A program made the translations under genes and the position numbers. From a virus (Duplodnaviria > Heunggongvirae > Uroviricota > Caudoviricetes): a stretch of DNA of 64,000 nucleotides. The stretch is from the IMG/VR virus record IMGVR_UViG_3300032291_002057, positions 14,305 to 78,304 of that record; one strand, 5' to 3'. Positions 47,063-56,349 of this stretch are shown here, one piece after another; position 1 is the first letter of the stretch; each line of letters begins with the position of its first letter. The notes under the pieces were generated by a model, which was not told the DNA's origin, did no database searches, and was given only the letters and a program-made list of their open reading frames with translations.

Positions 47063-47091
47063 TTGCATTTAAATAAAAGTTGTGTTATAAT
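47063..47091 (+). promoter_or_regulatory. sigma70-like promoter (TTGCAT-17-TATAAT)
   Basis: Hexamers and spacing immediately after the terminators. Confidence 0.45.
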
Positions 47092-47118
47092 TATTACTCT
47101 ACTTCTATAGGATTCAAT

Positions 47119-47652
47119 ATGGGTTTGTTTCACAAAATAATGAATAAGCTAGATCGGTATCGATTGATTCCTGATCGTCAAACAGGCGAAGATTATATGC
47201 ACCGTTATTATCTTTTTTTGAAAGATCGTAAATGGTTTCCCTTTAATTTGACACTTCACAAAATTGTAAAAAGTGATGATCCAATCTTTCATGATCATCC
47301 TTGGCCCTATATGACAATCATTCTTAAAGGTGGTTATTGGGAACATACTCCTGTCTTTAATAGTGAAGGCAACATGATTGCACAATTTCAGCAATGGCGT
47401 GGCCCTGGTTCTGTTATCATTCGTAAAGCAAAAGATTATCACTGGCTAGAACTTGATGACCGTGTAGGACCTGCAACTACATTATTTTTTATGGGAGCCC
47501 AACAACGAGAATGGGGTTTTCTTGTTGACAAGTCTAAGACTAAAAAGAAAACTCAATGGATTCAATGGCAGTACTATTTGGATCATTATAAAGAATATCA
47601 TAAACAGTATATCCATCCTAAAATGCAAGCTATGAATAAAAAGAAAGACTAA
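47119..47652 (+). CDS. hypothetical protein
   Basis: Internal ATG of track ORF 47080-47652 chosen because 47080 lies in the promoter -10. Confidence 0.4.
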   Translation: MGLFHKIMNKLDRYRLIPDRQTGEDYMHRYYLFLKDRKWFPFNLTLHKIVKSDDPIFHDHPWPYMTIILKGGYWEHTPVFNSEGNMIAQFQQWRGPGSVIIRKAKDYHWLELDDRVGPATTLFFMGAQQREWGFLVDKSKTKKKTQWIQWQYYLDHYKEYHKQYIHPKMQAMNKKKD

Positions 47653-47653
47653 C

Positions 47654-47935
47654 ATGAATGAAGATTTGAGAGAAACACTAGTTATTTTAGGTGAAGAGTG
47701 CAATGAAGTATCAAAAGAAATTTTTAAAATTTTGCGTTATGGACCAGATCAGATTAAACCCGAAACTGAAAAAACAAACATTAAACATTTAGAAACTGAA
47801 ATAGGTGACTTGGAAGCAATGATTGAATTGCTCAAAGACTTGCATGTAGGCGTGTCTGCACAAGGTACATTTGAAGCTAAACTAAAAAAGTTTACAAAAC
47901 TCAAAAAATGGTCTACTCTAAAAATTAATAAATAA
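47654..47935 (+). CDS. mazG: MazG-like nucleoside triphosphate pyrophosphohydrolase (small single-domain type)
   Basis: LVILGEECNEVSKEI (E-E-x-x-E) and ETEIGDLEAMIELL (E-x-x-D) metal-binding motifs typical of MazG/HisE folds. Confidence 0.55.
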   Translation: MNEDLRETLVILGEECNEVSKEIFKILRYGPDQIKPETEKTNIKHLETEIGDLEAMIELLKDLHVGVSAQGTFEAKLKKFTKLKKWSTLKINK

Positions 47936-47939
47936 CATT

Positions 47940-48269
47940 ATGGATATACTTTTATACTTCATTATATTTTACTTAGGTATTCAATTAGGAGAAATCCTAA
48001 CTTCTTTGCGTATACGTCATTTTATATCAAATATAGAAATGGAAAAAATTCAAGGTAAAGAAACGGAAATCAAAAAATTAATTACAGAACAAATTAATGA
48101 CGTATTATATCTATATAACTATGAAACAAAAGATTTTATTTGCCAAGGATCTTCTATAGAAGAATTAGCAAAAATGGCTAAAGAATATAAAAATATAAAT
48201 TTGGCAGCAGTAATTCATAAAGAAAAACTGTTTTTGTTTAATAACGGCACTTGCAAAGAACAAGTATGA
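47940..48269 (+). CDS. hypothetical protein with N-terminal TM helix
   Basis: MDILLYFIIFYLGIQLGEIL hydrophobic start. Confidence 0.35.
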   Translation: MDILLYFIIFYLGIQLGEILTSLRIRHFISNIEMEKIQGKETEIKKLITEQINDVLYLYNYETKDFICQGSSIEELAKMAKEYKNINLAAVIHKEKLFLFNNGTCKEQV

Positions 48270-48805
48270 AAGTAAAAATCGGGAAGTATCCCAAAAATAA
48301 TCGTAGAAAAATCAATATAGAAATTGACAAGTACGATACATGGAGTTTGGATCATACGTTAGCTATGATTATCTATCCTGCTTTGTTGCAACTTAAGGCT
48401 ACTAAACATGGAGTACCCAGTGAGTTTGTAAATGATATCGGCGGTGCTGAATGGGAAGAACAAAATAGTTTTGATTTCTATAAAGAAACACATGACGAAG
48501 CCTGGAAAGAAGGTAATAAACGCTGGGATGAAGTATTAGACAAAATGATTTGGTCGTTTGAGCAAATACTCAAAGATGACTATGATTCAAATCTATATCA
48601 TCATGGCACTGCAAAGTACGACTGGGTTAAAACTGACAAGACATTTCCAAATCCGATTACGGGTAAACTTGAAGAAACATATCAAATGGTCGATAAGAAT
48701 CCCGATGAACATTGGTATGACCATGTTGGTCATATGAAACATGAAGAACGTGTTCAAGAAGGTCTTGAATTGTTTGGTAAACATTTTCGTAATCTTTGGG
48801 ATTAA
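48251..48805 (+). CDS. hypothetical protein
   Basis: 184-aa ORF. Confidence 0.4.
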   Translation: MQRTSMKVKIGKYPKNNRRKINIEIDKYDTWSLDHTLAMIIYPALLQLKATKHGVPSEFVNDIGGAEWEEQNSFDFYKETHDEAWKEGNKRWDEVLDKMIWSFEQILKDDYDSNLYHHGTAKYDWVKTDKTFPNPITGKLEETYQMVDKNPDEHWYDHVGHMKHEERVQEGLELFGKHFRNLWD

Positions 48806-49043
48806 AATGTTTGATAATATAGCCAAACAATTAGAAGTTCAAACTTTGGGTAAAACACAAAATTTAAAAATTACACAACAAGAGTTTGATGACTTTTGTA
48901 AGGGATTTTTATTTGAAATTTTAAAAGATAACAAATCATTGGGTGTAGCTTTTTGCGAAAAATATAATGAACCTAATTTTGTACTAAGTATATTACCCAA
49001 TCAATCAGCAAAAAAACATATAAAGAAATTTTACGTAAAATGA
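48806..49043 (+). CDS. hypothetical protein
   Basis: ATG right after the previous stop (internal start of track ORF 48741-49043). Confidence 0.3.
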
Positions 49044-49366
49044 CACATTTAGTAACCGAAGGTTGCATTAATTGCAAATACACAGACTGCGTAATAGTTT
49101 GCCCTGTTGATTGTTTTTACGAAGGACCTAACTTTCTGGCAATCAATCCTGATGAATGCATTGATTGTGCAGTATGTATTCCTGAATGCCCCACAAATGC
49201 TATTGTTGATGAAGCAGATTTATCAGAAGAAGAACGTAAAAAATGGTATGACATTAATGCAGAATTAGCTAAGAAATGGCCAAACATTACTAAAATGAAA
49301 CCTGCATTACCAAGTGCAGATGAATGGGCTAATAGATCAGATAAATTAATCTTTTTAGAAAAATGA
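49040..49366 (+). CDS. fdxA: 7Fe (3Fe-4S/4Fe-4S) ferredoxin, Azotobacter FdxA type
   Basis: [21 protein letters not shown]...[14 protein letters not shown] matches the FdxA cysteine pattern and its flanking residues. Confidence 0.85.
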   Translation: MTHLVTEGCINCKYTDCVIVCPVDCFYEGPNFLAINPDECIDCAVCIPECPTNAIVDEADLSEEERKKWYDINAELAKKWPNITKMKPALPSADEWANRSDKLIFLEK

Positions 49367-49884
49367 TGAAACAAAAATTTGTTGACTACTTTATGGATGT
49401 TGCTGAACGCACAAGTCAATTAAGCTATGCTATACGTTTGAAGGTAGGTGCTATCATTGTTAAAGACAATAGAATCATTAGCATTGGATATAACGGTATG
49501 CCTGCAGGGTGGGACAATGACTGCGAAGATAGAGTTTGGGATTCCGGAGCAGGTGGTTGGCTTGATCCAGAAGAGATTTTAGAACAATATCCCTACGAAG
49601 GATGGCACAAAGAAGCAGGACGTAATGTTCGTTACGGACTAAAAACTAAACCGGAGGTATTACATGCAGAAACGAACGCAATCAGTAAACTCGCTAGAAG
49701 TAATGAAGCTGGCGATAATTCTACTATGTTTTGCACTCATGCTCCGTGCATTGATTGTGCTAAACTAATATACCAATCAGGTATAAAAAATCTTTATTAT
49801 CGTGATACATATCGTGATAATAAAGGATTAGAGTTTTTGGAAAAGAGTAATATCAGTGTCAATAGATACGAACACAAAAACTGA
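49363..49884 (+). CDS. dCMP deaminase (cytidine/deoxycytidylate deaminase family)
   Basis: HAETNAI and PCIDCAKLI zinc-binding motifs (H-A-E...P-C-x-x-C). Confidence 0.8.
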   Translation: MMKQKFVDYFMDVAERTSQLSYAIRLKVGAIIVKDNRIISIGYNGMPAGWDNDCEDRVWDSGAGGWLDPEEILEQYPYEGWHKEAGRNVRYGLKTKPEVLHAETNAISKLARSNEAGDNSTMFCTHAPCIDCAKLIYQSGIKNLYYRDTYRDNKGLEFLEKSNISVNRYEHKN

Positions 49885-50056
49885 AATTATTATTGATTTT
49901 GGTCAACTAAAATCCATGATTGATTGGTTAGAGCGCAATTGTGTTGGTGAATGGGGGTATAATTGCGTTATCCCCGCAGGACGTGATGCAGGGTTGTATG
50001 AATTTTATTTTGAATCAAACAAAGATTTAGTAGCATTTAGGATTTGGAAACAATGA
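49856..50056 (+). CDS. hypothetical protein
   Basis: 66-aa ORF. Confidence 0.3.
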   Translation: MSIDTNTKTEIIIDFGQLKSMIDWLERNCVGEWGYNCVIPAGRDAGLYEFYFESNKDLVAFRIWKQ

Positions 50057-50331
50057 AATATTACACCTTTTACCGAGAGAACAATAATTTTAATGATTTA
50101 TTAAAAGATCCTATTGTTAAAAAAATTGTAGACATTAAGATTCAATGGACTAATTATCTAATGATCGGCATTGAGTCTTATTCAAATGGCAACGATCAAA
50201 ATTTTAGTTATATTACTCTTAAGTATGGCGATGATATGGTTGGTTATCTTTGTAAAGATTTTACACCAATACCTGGTGTAGATTATATTCCCGATAAGAA
50301 TAAGAGTAAATTCAATAAAGTAATTACTTAA
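50044..50331 (+). CDS. hypothetical protein
   Basis: 95-aa ORF. Confidence 0.3.
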   Translation: METMKYYTFYRENNNFNDLLKDPIVKKIVDIKIQWTNYLMIGIESYSNGNDQNFSYITLKYGDDMVGYLCKDFTPIPGVDYIPDKNKSKFNKVIT

Positions 50332-51071
50332 TACAAAGTAGAAAGCAGATATGCTTCCGGTAGTCTTGTTTTAGTATTTTTACTACCTAATAATATTACT
50401 GTTCGTATACCTTGAACGGTATCCATCATCATAACAATACAACCTCCACTTTTTGTTATCCATCCTGTTTTGCTAACAATAAAATGATGTCCGTGTTTTA
50501 CAAGCGAGTTAGTATTATGAAACTCTAAAAACTTCTTTTTATTTGTTTCTACCTTAACACTATTTTTTCCGCTTGAATTTACTATAATGGGATATTTACT
50601 TGCTGCCATTACAAGTTTAACTAAATCTTCGGCTGTGCTAATATTAGACGCAAGCAAACCAGTTGGGTCAGTAAATACGCTAGTATACATATTTAAATAT
50701 TTTGCTTTTTCATTCATAGCTTGTATGCAAGATTTTATACCACCGGGATAATATTCACAAAGCATTTTAGCCGCAGTGTTATCTGATTTTACAATAGCTA
50801 GTTCAATTAAAGTTTTTCTGGTTAGTTTTTTATTATATAAATTTTTAGGGATAGTTTCGGTCAATGATTGATTACTGTCTAAAACAACCATTACAGTCAT
50901 TAACTTAGTTATACTAGCAATAGACCTTATAGTTGAAGTGTTCGTTCCCTCCAACATTTTTCCATTTTCGTCTGCTATTAACCATGCTTGGGCAGTAACA
51001 GAAGGCATTGCGGCATTTACTAAACCAAATGAAAATAGTGATATCAATAATAAGAAAAGATGTTTAATCAT
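50328..51071 (-). CDS. D-alanyl-D-alanine carboxypeptidase (PBP5/S11 serine peptidase family), secreted
   Basis: Signal peptide; S-x-x-K (SITKLM), S-x-N (KSDNTAA) and K-T-G (SKTGWIT) motifs in canonical order. Confidence 0.7.
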   Translation of the reverse strand: MIKHLFLLLISLFSFGLVNAAMPSVTAQAWLIADENGKMLEGTNTSTIRSIASITKLMTVMVVLDSNQSLTETIPKNLYNKKLTRKTLIELAIVKSDNTAAKMLCEYYPGGIKSCIQAMNEKAKYLNMYTSVFTDPTGLLASNISTAEDLVKLVMAASKYPIIVNSSGKNSVKVETNKKKFLEFHNTNSLVKHGHHFIVSKTGWITKSGGCIVMMMDTVQGIRTVILLGSKNTKTRLPEAYLLSTLY

Positions 51072-51081
51072 TATGCAATCC

Positions 51082-51423
51082 TTAGATATTAGGGCCTTTG
51101 GGGTAAGGAATTAAATTCATTTCTATTCCATATCCAATAACGCATGACAATGTATCTTTAGTTGCGATTATAGTCCATGTTTTTGATAATGGATTAACCC
51201 AAACAGTCATTACTGTTCCGGCAGTATCACTTGTTTTTCCATACAAAAAGGGAATTTCTCGAAATGACCCGCTTAATTGTTTTATTAATTTTTCAGTTTC
51301 AAAACAGGGGATATCTGTAACTATAGATTCTACAATAGCGTTTTCTATTGGTTCTTTAGCATGTGTATTATTTGCTAGTAGCCCTATACACACCATCCCA
51401 ATCAGTAGGTAAATTTTGTTCAC
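51082..51423 (-). CDS. small secreted protein
   Basis: Signal peptide MNKIYLLIGMVCIGLLANNTHA; 113 aa; overlaps the cyclase gene end. Confidence 0.45.
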   Translation of the reverse strand: MNKIYLLIGMVCIGLLANNTHAKEPIENAIVESIVTDIPCFETEKLIKQLSGSFREIPFLYGKTSDTAGTVMTVWVNPLSKTWTIIATKDTLSCVIGYGIEMNLIPYPKGPNI

Positions 51424-53425
51424 GTAGTTCTCCTATTCTTTCAATCATCATTTCATAATAATGATCCATTTTACCGTCAAACTCTCCTTTGAGTTTATCA
51501 ATATAGTGTAACGCACTTGTCCACTTTTGTTCACGGTAATAGTCAAGCATTAGGTCATGCAACTCACGTGCCGATAGATACTCTACCATTGCGCCTGCAT
51601 CTGTTTCTAATACTGTATAGATGTTTACACCTTCTTTTTTGCCTTTAACAGCAATACAGTCTAATTCTAACACAAAATATTCGTCTTGTATATACTCTGC
51701 GGTTTTACTGCCCAATACAATTTTCACTCCGTAGGGCTTACTCTGACCTTCCAATCTACTAGCCAAATTAACGCCATCACCCAAACAAGTGTAATCAAAG
51801 CGTTGAATTGATCCCATGTTACCAACGACCACAGTATCGGTATTAATGCCAAGACCCATACCGAAAGCAGGAATACCTTCTGCCGTAACTTCTTTATTAA
51901 ATTCATCTAAACTCCCCATCATTTGTAAACCTGTACGTACAGCATTCTTTGCATGATTAATATCATCTAACGGAGCATTCCAAAATGCCATCTGTGCGTC
52001 ACCAATATACTTATCTAGTGTGCCTTCGTTCTCTATTATTTTAGCAGTCATTGCAGTCATATATCGATTCATAATCTTTGTAAGGCCTTGTACATCTTTG
52101 CCATAGTGTTCGCTGATACTAGTAAAGCCGCGAACATCTGTAAACATAATACTCAATTCACGTGATTCACCGCCAAGTTGCAATAACTTAGGATTCTTTT
52201 GTAATTTCTCAACCATAGCTGGACTCAAGTATGTCCCAAACTGTTTCTTTATTTGTTGCTTTTGTAAGAACTCGCTGATGAACTTGACACCATAGGCGTG
52301 CAGAGAGACCAAGATAATTCCAAGGGTAAACGCAGTACTGTCAAATAACCATAAAAAATTAGAGAACATATAGGCACTACCAAAGACAGCACCAACACAT
52401 AACGCAATAACCGACGCCAATCCAACATAAGTCCACCTTGTTAAAAATAATAATAACACACTTGCAATAGCTATAGCAAGTATTTCTAGTCCATCTGCAT
52501 AATCAGGTCTTTGTATAACTGATCCGTTAATCATTGTTCCGATTACAGCGGCTTGCATATCTTGTGGCCACACACTACCTATACTAGTGGGCACTGGATT
52601 GCCTAATCCTGCGGCTGCTGTACCTACTATCACAATAGCACCCTCAAAGTCTTTTGGCATATTCATTAGACTTACATTTTTGTTTACTTGGCTGTAGTCA
52701 ATCCAAATGCGACCTAAATTGTCTGTAGTTATAGGCCCGAACTTTGGTATACGCATTTTCTCAACGCCATTACTACTCAATTTAACCTGAACAGTAGAAT
52801 CACCTGCGGCTACTCTTAATGTTTCCATTGATAATGATGGGTACACCTTACCATCAACTGTTATGATTAATGGTATTCTGCGATTGACACCGTCTACTTC
52901 AGGTAGAGTACTTACGATACCTACACCTGCAGCATTGTTTTCTAACTGTGGTATGTTAGCTATTAATCCAGGATACTGAACAATTTGATTCATGTGTTCA
53001 GGGCCTAAAATCGCACTACCTGGATTACGAGGTTCGTTGCGTGTTTTATCACTGGGTATGCTTGGAAGCACAACTGGATATTTATTTAAAGTTCGTGCTA
53101 AGATTGGGTCTTGACCCAATCTATCTGAATTAGGCATAAGCACGTTGAAAACAACAAGTCCTGCATTACGTTGATACAGGTCTTCGATAATTTTTGCGTA
53201 CTCGCCTCTTGGTAAAGGCCATTGTCCATACTTAGCTAACGCATCTTCATCAATGTTAACTGTGTAAATGTTGTTAGTTGTTTTTTCTTTGTGTGTTATT
53301 AGTGTGTCAAAATAACGTAATCTAACACTTTCAACAAAGGAAGGGTCTATAGTTCTTACTAATAATACTAAGATTAATGTAAGAAGTGCAGTCCAGGGGC
53401 TTATTATTATTTTTTTAATGTCCAT
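51368..53425 (-). CDS. CHASE2-sensor membrane-anchored class III adenylate/guanylate cyclase
   Basis: N-terminal TM plus periplasmic CHASE2-like region, three central TM helices, C-terminal cyclase domain (FTDVRGFTSISE, YIGDAQMAFWNAP, GLGINTDTVVVGNMGS, LGDGVNLASRLE). Confidence 0.8.
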   Translation of the reverse strand: MDIKKIIISPWTALLTLILVLLVRTIDPSFVESVRLRYFDTLITHKEKTTNNIYTVNIDEDALAKYGQWPLPRGEYAKIIEDLYQRNAGLVVFNVLMPNSDRLGQDPILARTLNKYPVVLPSIPSDKTRNEPRNPGSAILGPEHMNQIVQYPGLIANIPQLENNAAGVGIVSTLPEVDGVNRRIPLIITVDGKVYPSLSMETLRVAAGDSTVQVKLSSNGVEKMRIPKFGPITTDNLGRIWIDYSQVNKNVSLMNMPKDFEGAIVIVGTAAAGLGNPVPTSIGSVWPQDMQAAVIGTMINGSVIQRPDYADGLEILAIAIASVLLLFLTRWTYVGLASVIALCVGAVFGSAYMFSNFLWLFDSTAFTLGIILVSLHAYGVKFISEFLQKQQIKKQFGTYLSPAMVEKLQKNPKLLQLGGESRELSIMFTDVRGFTSISEHYGKDVQGLTKIMNRYMTAMTAKIIENEGTLDKYIGDAQMAFWNAPLDDINHAKNAVRTGLQMMGSLDEFNKEVTAEGIPAFGMGLGINTDTVVVGNMGSIQRFDYTCLGDGVNLASRLEGQSKPYGVKIVLGSKTAEYIQDEYFVLELDCIAVKGKKEGVNIYTVLETDAGAMVEYLSARELHDLMLDYYREQKWTSALHYIDKLKGEFDGKMDHYYEMMIERIGELREQNLPTDWDGVYRATSK

Positions 53426-53428
53426 CTA

Positions 53429-53584
53429 CTATTTAGTAGATTTTGGTTCCTTATTATCTTCATTGTATTTGCTAGGTCCTAATTTCTTTGATTCGTCTAA
53501 TATTTTTTCAGTAGTAGGGCCACGACGGTGACGTGGCAGTTTTACTGGTTCTTTTATTCTAGGCTTTCTGTTAAACCAACTCAT
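53429..53584 (-). CDS. small basic protein (51 aa) translationally coupled to the cyclase, not in the ORF track
   Basis: RBS GGAAGGAAAAAAA-ATG on the minus strand; stop 4 nt before the cyclase ATG; MSWFNRKPRIKEPVKLPRHRRGPTTEKILDESKKLG... Confidence 0.3.
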   Translation of the reverse strand: MSWFNRKPRIKEPVKLPRHRRGPTTEKILDESKKLGPSKYNEDNKEPKSTK

Positions 53585-53598
53585 TTTTTTTCCTTCCG

Positions 53599-53620
53599 TA
53601 AAAAATCCCCTTTCGGGGAA
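53599..53620 (-). terminator. rho-independent terminator (minus strand), possibly bidirectional
   Basis: TCCCC-GAAA-GGGGA followed by TTTTTT on the minus strand. Confidence 0.55.
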
Positions 53621-53622
53621 TA

Positions 53623-53826
53623 TTATTTGTAAAAATATTCATATGCTTTATTTTTAGCTTCCACTTCATCCAACGCAAGCAATGTCACTTGTGCAGTTTT
53701 TCCTTTTATTGTCATGTCAAAAGGAATTGTTCCCGAAAACATAAAATCTTCCGGTAGTTCTACTGTAACTGTATGTTCAGTAAGATTTTTTATTCTATTA
53801 ATTATGTCTTTCATCAATATTGCCAT
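53623..53826 (-). CDS. hypothetical small cytoplasmic protein ending the curli-like operon
   Basis: 67-aa ORF with RBS GGAG on the minus strand. Confidence 0.4.
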   Translation of the reverse strand: MAILMKDIINRIKNLTEHTVTVELPEDFMFSGTIPFDMTIKGKTAQVTLLALDEVEAKNKAYEYFYK

Positions 53827-53849
53827 CCTAAAATGCTCCTATATTGTAT

Positions 53850-54431
53850 TTAGTTCTTTATGTAATTCCACGTACCTCCGCAACCAAAATTACAATTTAT
53901 CAACATACTTGCAGAATCCGGAGCTGATCCTGTTTGCTGAACGTTCACCGTTGATCCTATTGCTCCGTTTAAGTTAACTTGAAACCATTTATTTGCACCT
54001 ACTCCACCTGATTGAGTAGCGTTTATATTGTTTCCATTATTAGTAGAACCATTCCAATTATCCACATTAAATGTATGACTTCCTACACCACTCTGATTTA
54101 CATTTATGCCATTATTAGATCCATTTAGATTTATAACACTTGCAGTATGATTACCAGTGCCTTGTTGATTGACATTGATGTTATTATAAATTCCTGCATT
54201 TAAAGTAATACTAGTGGTTTTTATTCCTGGATCTTGTTGTGTTACATTGATAGAGTTATTATTCGCATTAATTGCTTTACCCATTACAATACTAGTAATA
54301 TGCTGGTCATCAGTTTGATTAACTGTGATTGTGTTATTGTCACCTATTTGGTCAATATGTACGTTTGGTGATGGTTGTGCAAATGATATAGAACAAAAAA
54401 ATAAAAGAATAATAAATCTCATTTTAATCAC
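53850..54431 (-). CDS. secreted curlin-repeat protein (CsgA/CsgB-like amyloid subunit candidate 2)
   Basis: Sec signal; repeated S/N-x5-Q-x-G-x-G-N-x-A-x3-Q-like units (IDQIGDNNTITVNQ, INVNQQGTGNHTASV, INVNQSGVGSHTFNV, NINATQSGGVGANKW); Asn/Gln/Gly-rich. Confidence 0.65.
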   Translation of the reverse strand: MIKMRFIILLFFCSISFAQPSPNVHIDQIGDNNTITVNQTDDQHITSIVMGKAINANNNSINVTQQDPGIKTTSITLNAGIYNNINVNQQGTGNHTASVINLNGSNNGINVNQSGVGSHTFNVDNWNGSTNNGNNINATQSGGVGANKWFQVNLNGAIGSTVNVQQTGSAPDSASMLINCNFGCGGTWNYIKN

Positions 54432-55533
54432 TCTGCCTTAATGTAATTATTGTATTGCCACCTTGATTTATACGGTTGTTAACTTCAAAACTTCCCTGAA
54501 CCATAGATACTAATGAATTTTGTGTTCGGGGAGTTTGCACACATGCAATGTTGCTCCCTGCATCTTCTCTACATAACTGAACAGACAAATCATCCACAGC
54601 AACTTTGACACCTGTCAATGCATTATAATCCGGTAACAATTTTCCGTCAATAGTATTCAGTACATTCAGTTGCGCTGCCAGTTGCATATTAATTAGATCC
54701 AATACATTAACTAAAAAGTCTTGTTCTAAAAAGTTTTGACTAAGTTTGTCTTGCCACATTTCTTTTTCTATTTTATCTAACTCATTTATTAATTTGTTTT
54801 CAGCAAGAAAGTCTACATCTAACGACCCTGATGCATTTACTCTTACTGTTGATCTTTCTTCTTTAAATTCTTTAGGTGGACTAACAATAATCATGTTATT
54901 AATTTCAATGTCAGTGAGTTTTAAAATTACTGACTTAAGTGAACTACGCGGTGTTTCTACACGTGTTGCTTGAAATGCTTGATTTAGTATAATAGTCCCA
55001 ATTTCATTAGTGATACTGATTTCACCCACTTTACAATCACGGTCAATTACTTTCCAATTAGGAGGACAACTAGGTAGTAATATAACTGTGCTACGACCTA
55101 TTTCATCAACACTAGCAGTAAAATCAGTACCACGAACACTGATTGTAGCGGTTGGAGTGTTAACTGAGACATTTTGAGGAGAGTTTTTAGCAATTTGTCC
55201 ACTAGCATATCTTACAGTCCCTAAAGCTACTTTCATCCCTAATTTACCAACTTTGCTTTTAGGGTCATAAACAAAATCATCAATTACTAATCTACTGTTT
55301 TCAGTAATTTGAACTTTGGTGTCATCATCAAATGTTATCCCTGCTTTGCCTTGAACTGTTCTCACCGCATCGTTCATTTCTACTGCGGTGCCTTTCTTCC
55401 CATCCACGGTCGTCTTCTGTCGTTGTATCGAAGCTGGGTTGTTGGATATCTCTGTTATTGTCCCAATCCCCGCGACGGCGTGCAGAGATATACTTAGCAA
55501 CAATAAACATTTTAGCTGGTTCCATATTTTCAT
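54424..55533 (-). CDS. secreted protein with FecR-like beta-sandwich region, embedded between the two curlin genes
   Basis: Signal peptide; ISVRGTDFTASV resembles the FecR domain core (RGT-x-F). Confidence 0.45.
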   Translation of the reverse strand: MKIWNQLKCLLLLSISLHAVAGIGTITEISNNPASIQRQKTTVDGKKGTAVEMNDAVRTVQGKAGITFDDDTKVQITENSRLVIDDFVYDPKSKVGKLGMKVALGTVRYASGQIAKNSPQNVSVNTPTATISVRGTDFTASVDEIGRSTVILLPSCPPNWKVIDRDCKVGEISITNEIGTIILNQAFQATRVETPRSSLKSVILKLTDIEINNMIIVSPPKEFKEERSTVRVNASGSLDVDFLAENKLINELDKIEKEMWQDKLSQNFLEQDFLVNVLDLINMQLAAQLNVLNTIDGKLLPDYNALTGVKVAVDDLSVQLCREDAGSNIACVQTPRTQNSLVSMVQGSFEVNNRINQGGNTIITLRQSD

Positions 55534-55542
55534 TAATACACC

Positions 55543-56346
55543 TTATTTTGTATTACTGTTTATAGTGAATGTGTTACCGTTACCAGTTGTTTTAATACTA
55601 ACTATACTGTTTCCACTTGTTCCGGCTTGTGTGATATCAAACGTATTATTACTTCCACCTGCACTTCCGTCAACAGTAGTACTATGTCCACTTCCGGTTC
55701 CACTGTCTTGTGTTAACGTAATTTTGTTTCCTGTTCCGTTAGTTGTAATAGAGTTAGTTGCGGCAACTACTGCGGTAGTTGCACCGGCAGTATATGTAAA
55801 CTCATTACCTGCACCACCTGTCATACTAACCGTAGTGCTTGTATTTGAACCAGTAATGCTAGCAAGAACTACTTGATTTACACCACCGTATTGAGTAGTA
55901 TTCAACGTATTCTGTGAACCGTTAATAGTTACATTAGCAGTAGAACCATCTGCTGTGTTGCCACTTGTACCTTGCACAACAGATATTGTGTTATTGTCAC
56001 AAGTTTTACCACCTGATGCATCACAACTAATATTTGCGGTAGAATTATTACCTTGCATTGTATAAGTTAATGAATTATTACTTCCTAAATTACCTGCATT
56101 CAACGCAAGTTTTAACAAGTTACTACTACCTATTTGGTCTATAAGTACAGTGGTGCCATTCCCATATATTCTGGCATCATCATCACTTGCTACCCCAGGA
56201 CCTTTTACGGTATTACCCGCGCCGTCTTGGGTCATAGTGATAGTGCTATTATCACCTATCTGGTCAATATAAATTTTATTATCTGCGGCAAAAGCAGAAA
56301 CCATATATAATGCCATCATTGTTATTATTATTTTTTTCAATGACAT
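55543..56346 (-). CDS. secreted curlin-repeat protein (CsgA/CsgB-like amyloid subunit candidate 1)
   Basis: Sec signal MSLKKIIITMMALYMVSAFAA; repeated IDQIGDNSTITMTQDG / LIDQIGSSN units; G/N/T/S-rich beta-solenoid-like repeats. Confidence 0.6.
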   Translation of the reverse strand: MSLKKIIITMMALYMVSAFAADNKIYIDQIGDNSTITMTQDGAGNTVKGPGVASDDDARIYGNGTTVLIDQIGSSNLLKLALNAGNLGSNNSLTYTMQGNNSTANISCDASGGKTCDNNTISVVQGTSGNTADGSTANVTINGSQNTLNTTQYGGVNQVVLASITGSNTSTTVSMTGGAGNEFTYTAGATTAVVAATNSITTNGTGNKITLTQDSGTGSGHSTTVDGSAGGSNNTFDITQAGTSGNSIVSIKTTGNGNTFTINSNTK

Positions 56347-56349
56347 TTT

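Noticed and set aside
55388-55876. Plus-strand ORFs inside the curli module (55388-55876, 55332-55565, 56363-56800, 54746-54973)
   Set aside because: Antisense to strongly supported minus-strand genes; low-complexity composition, no RBS.
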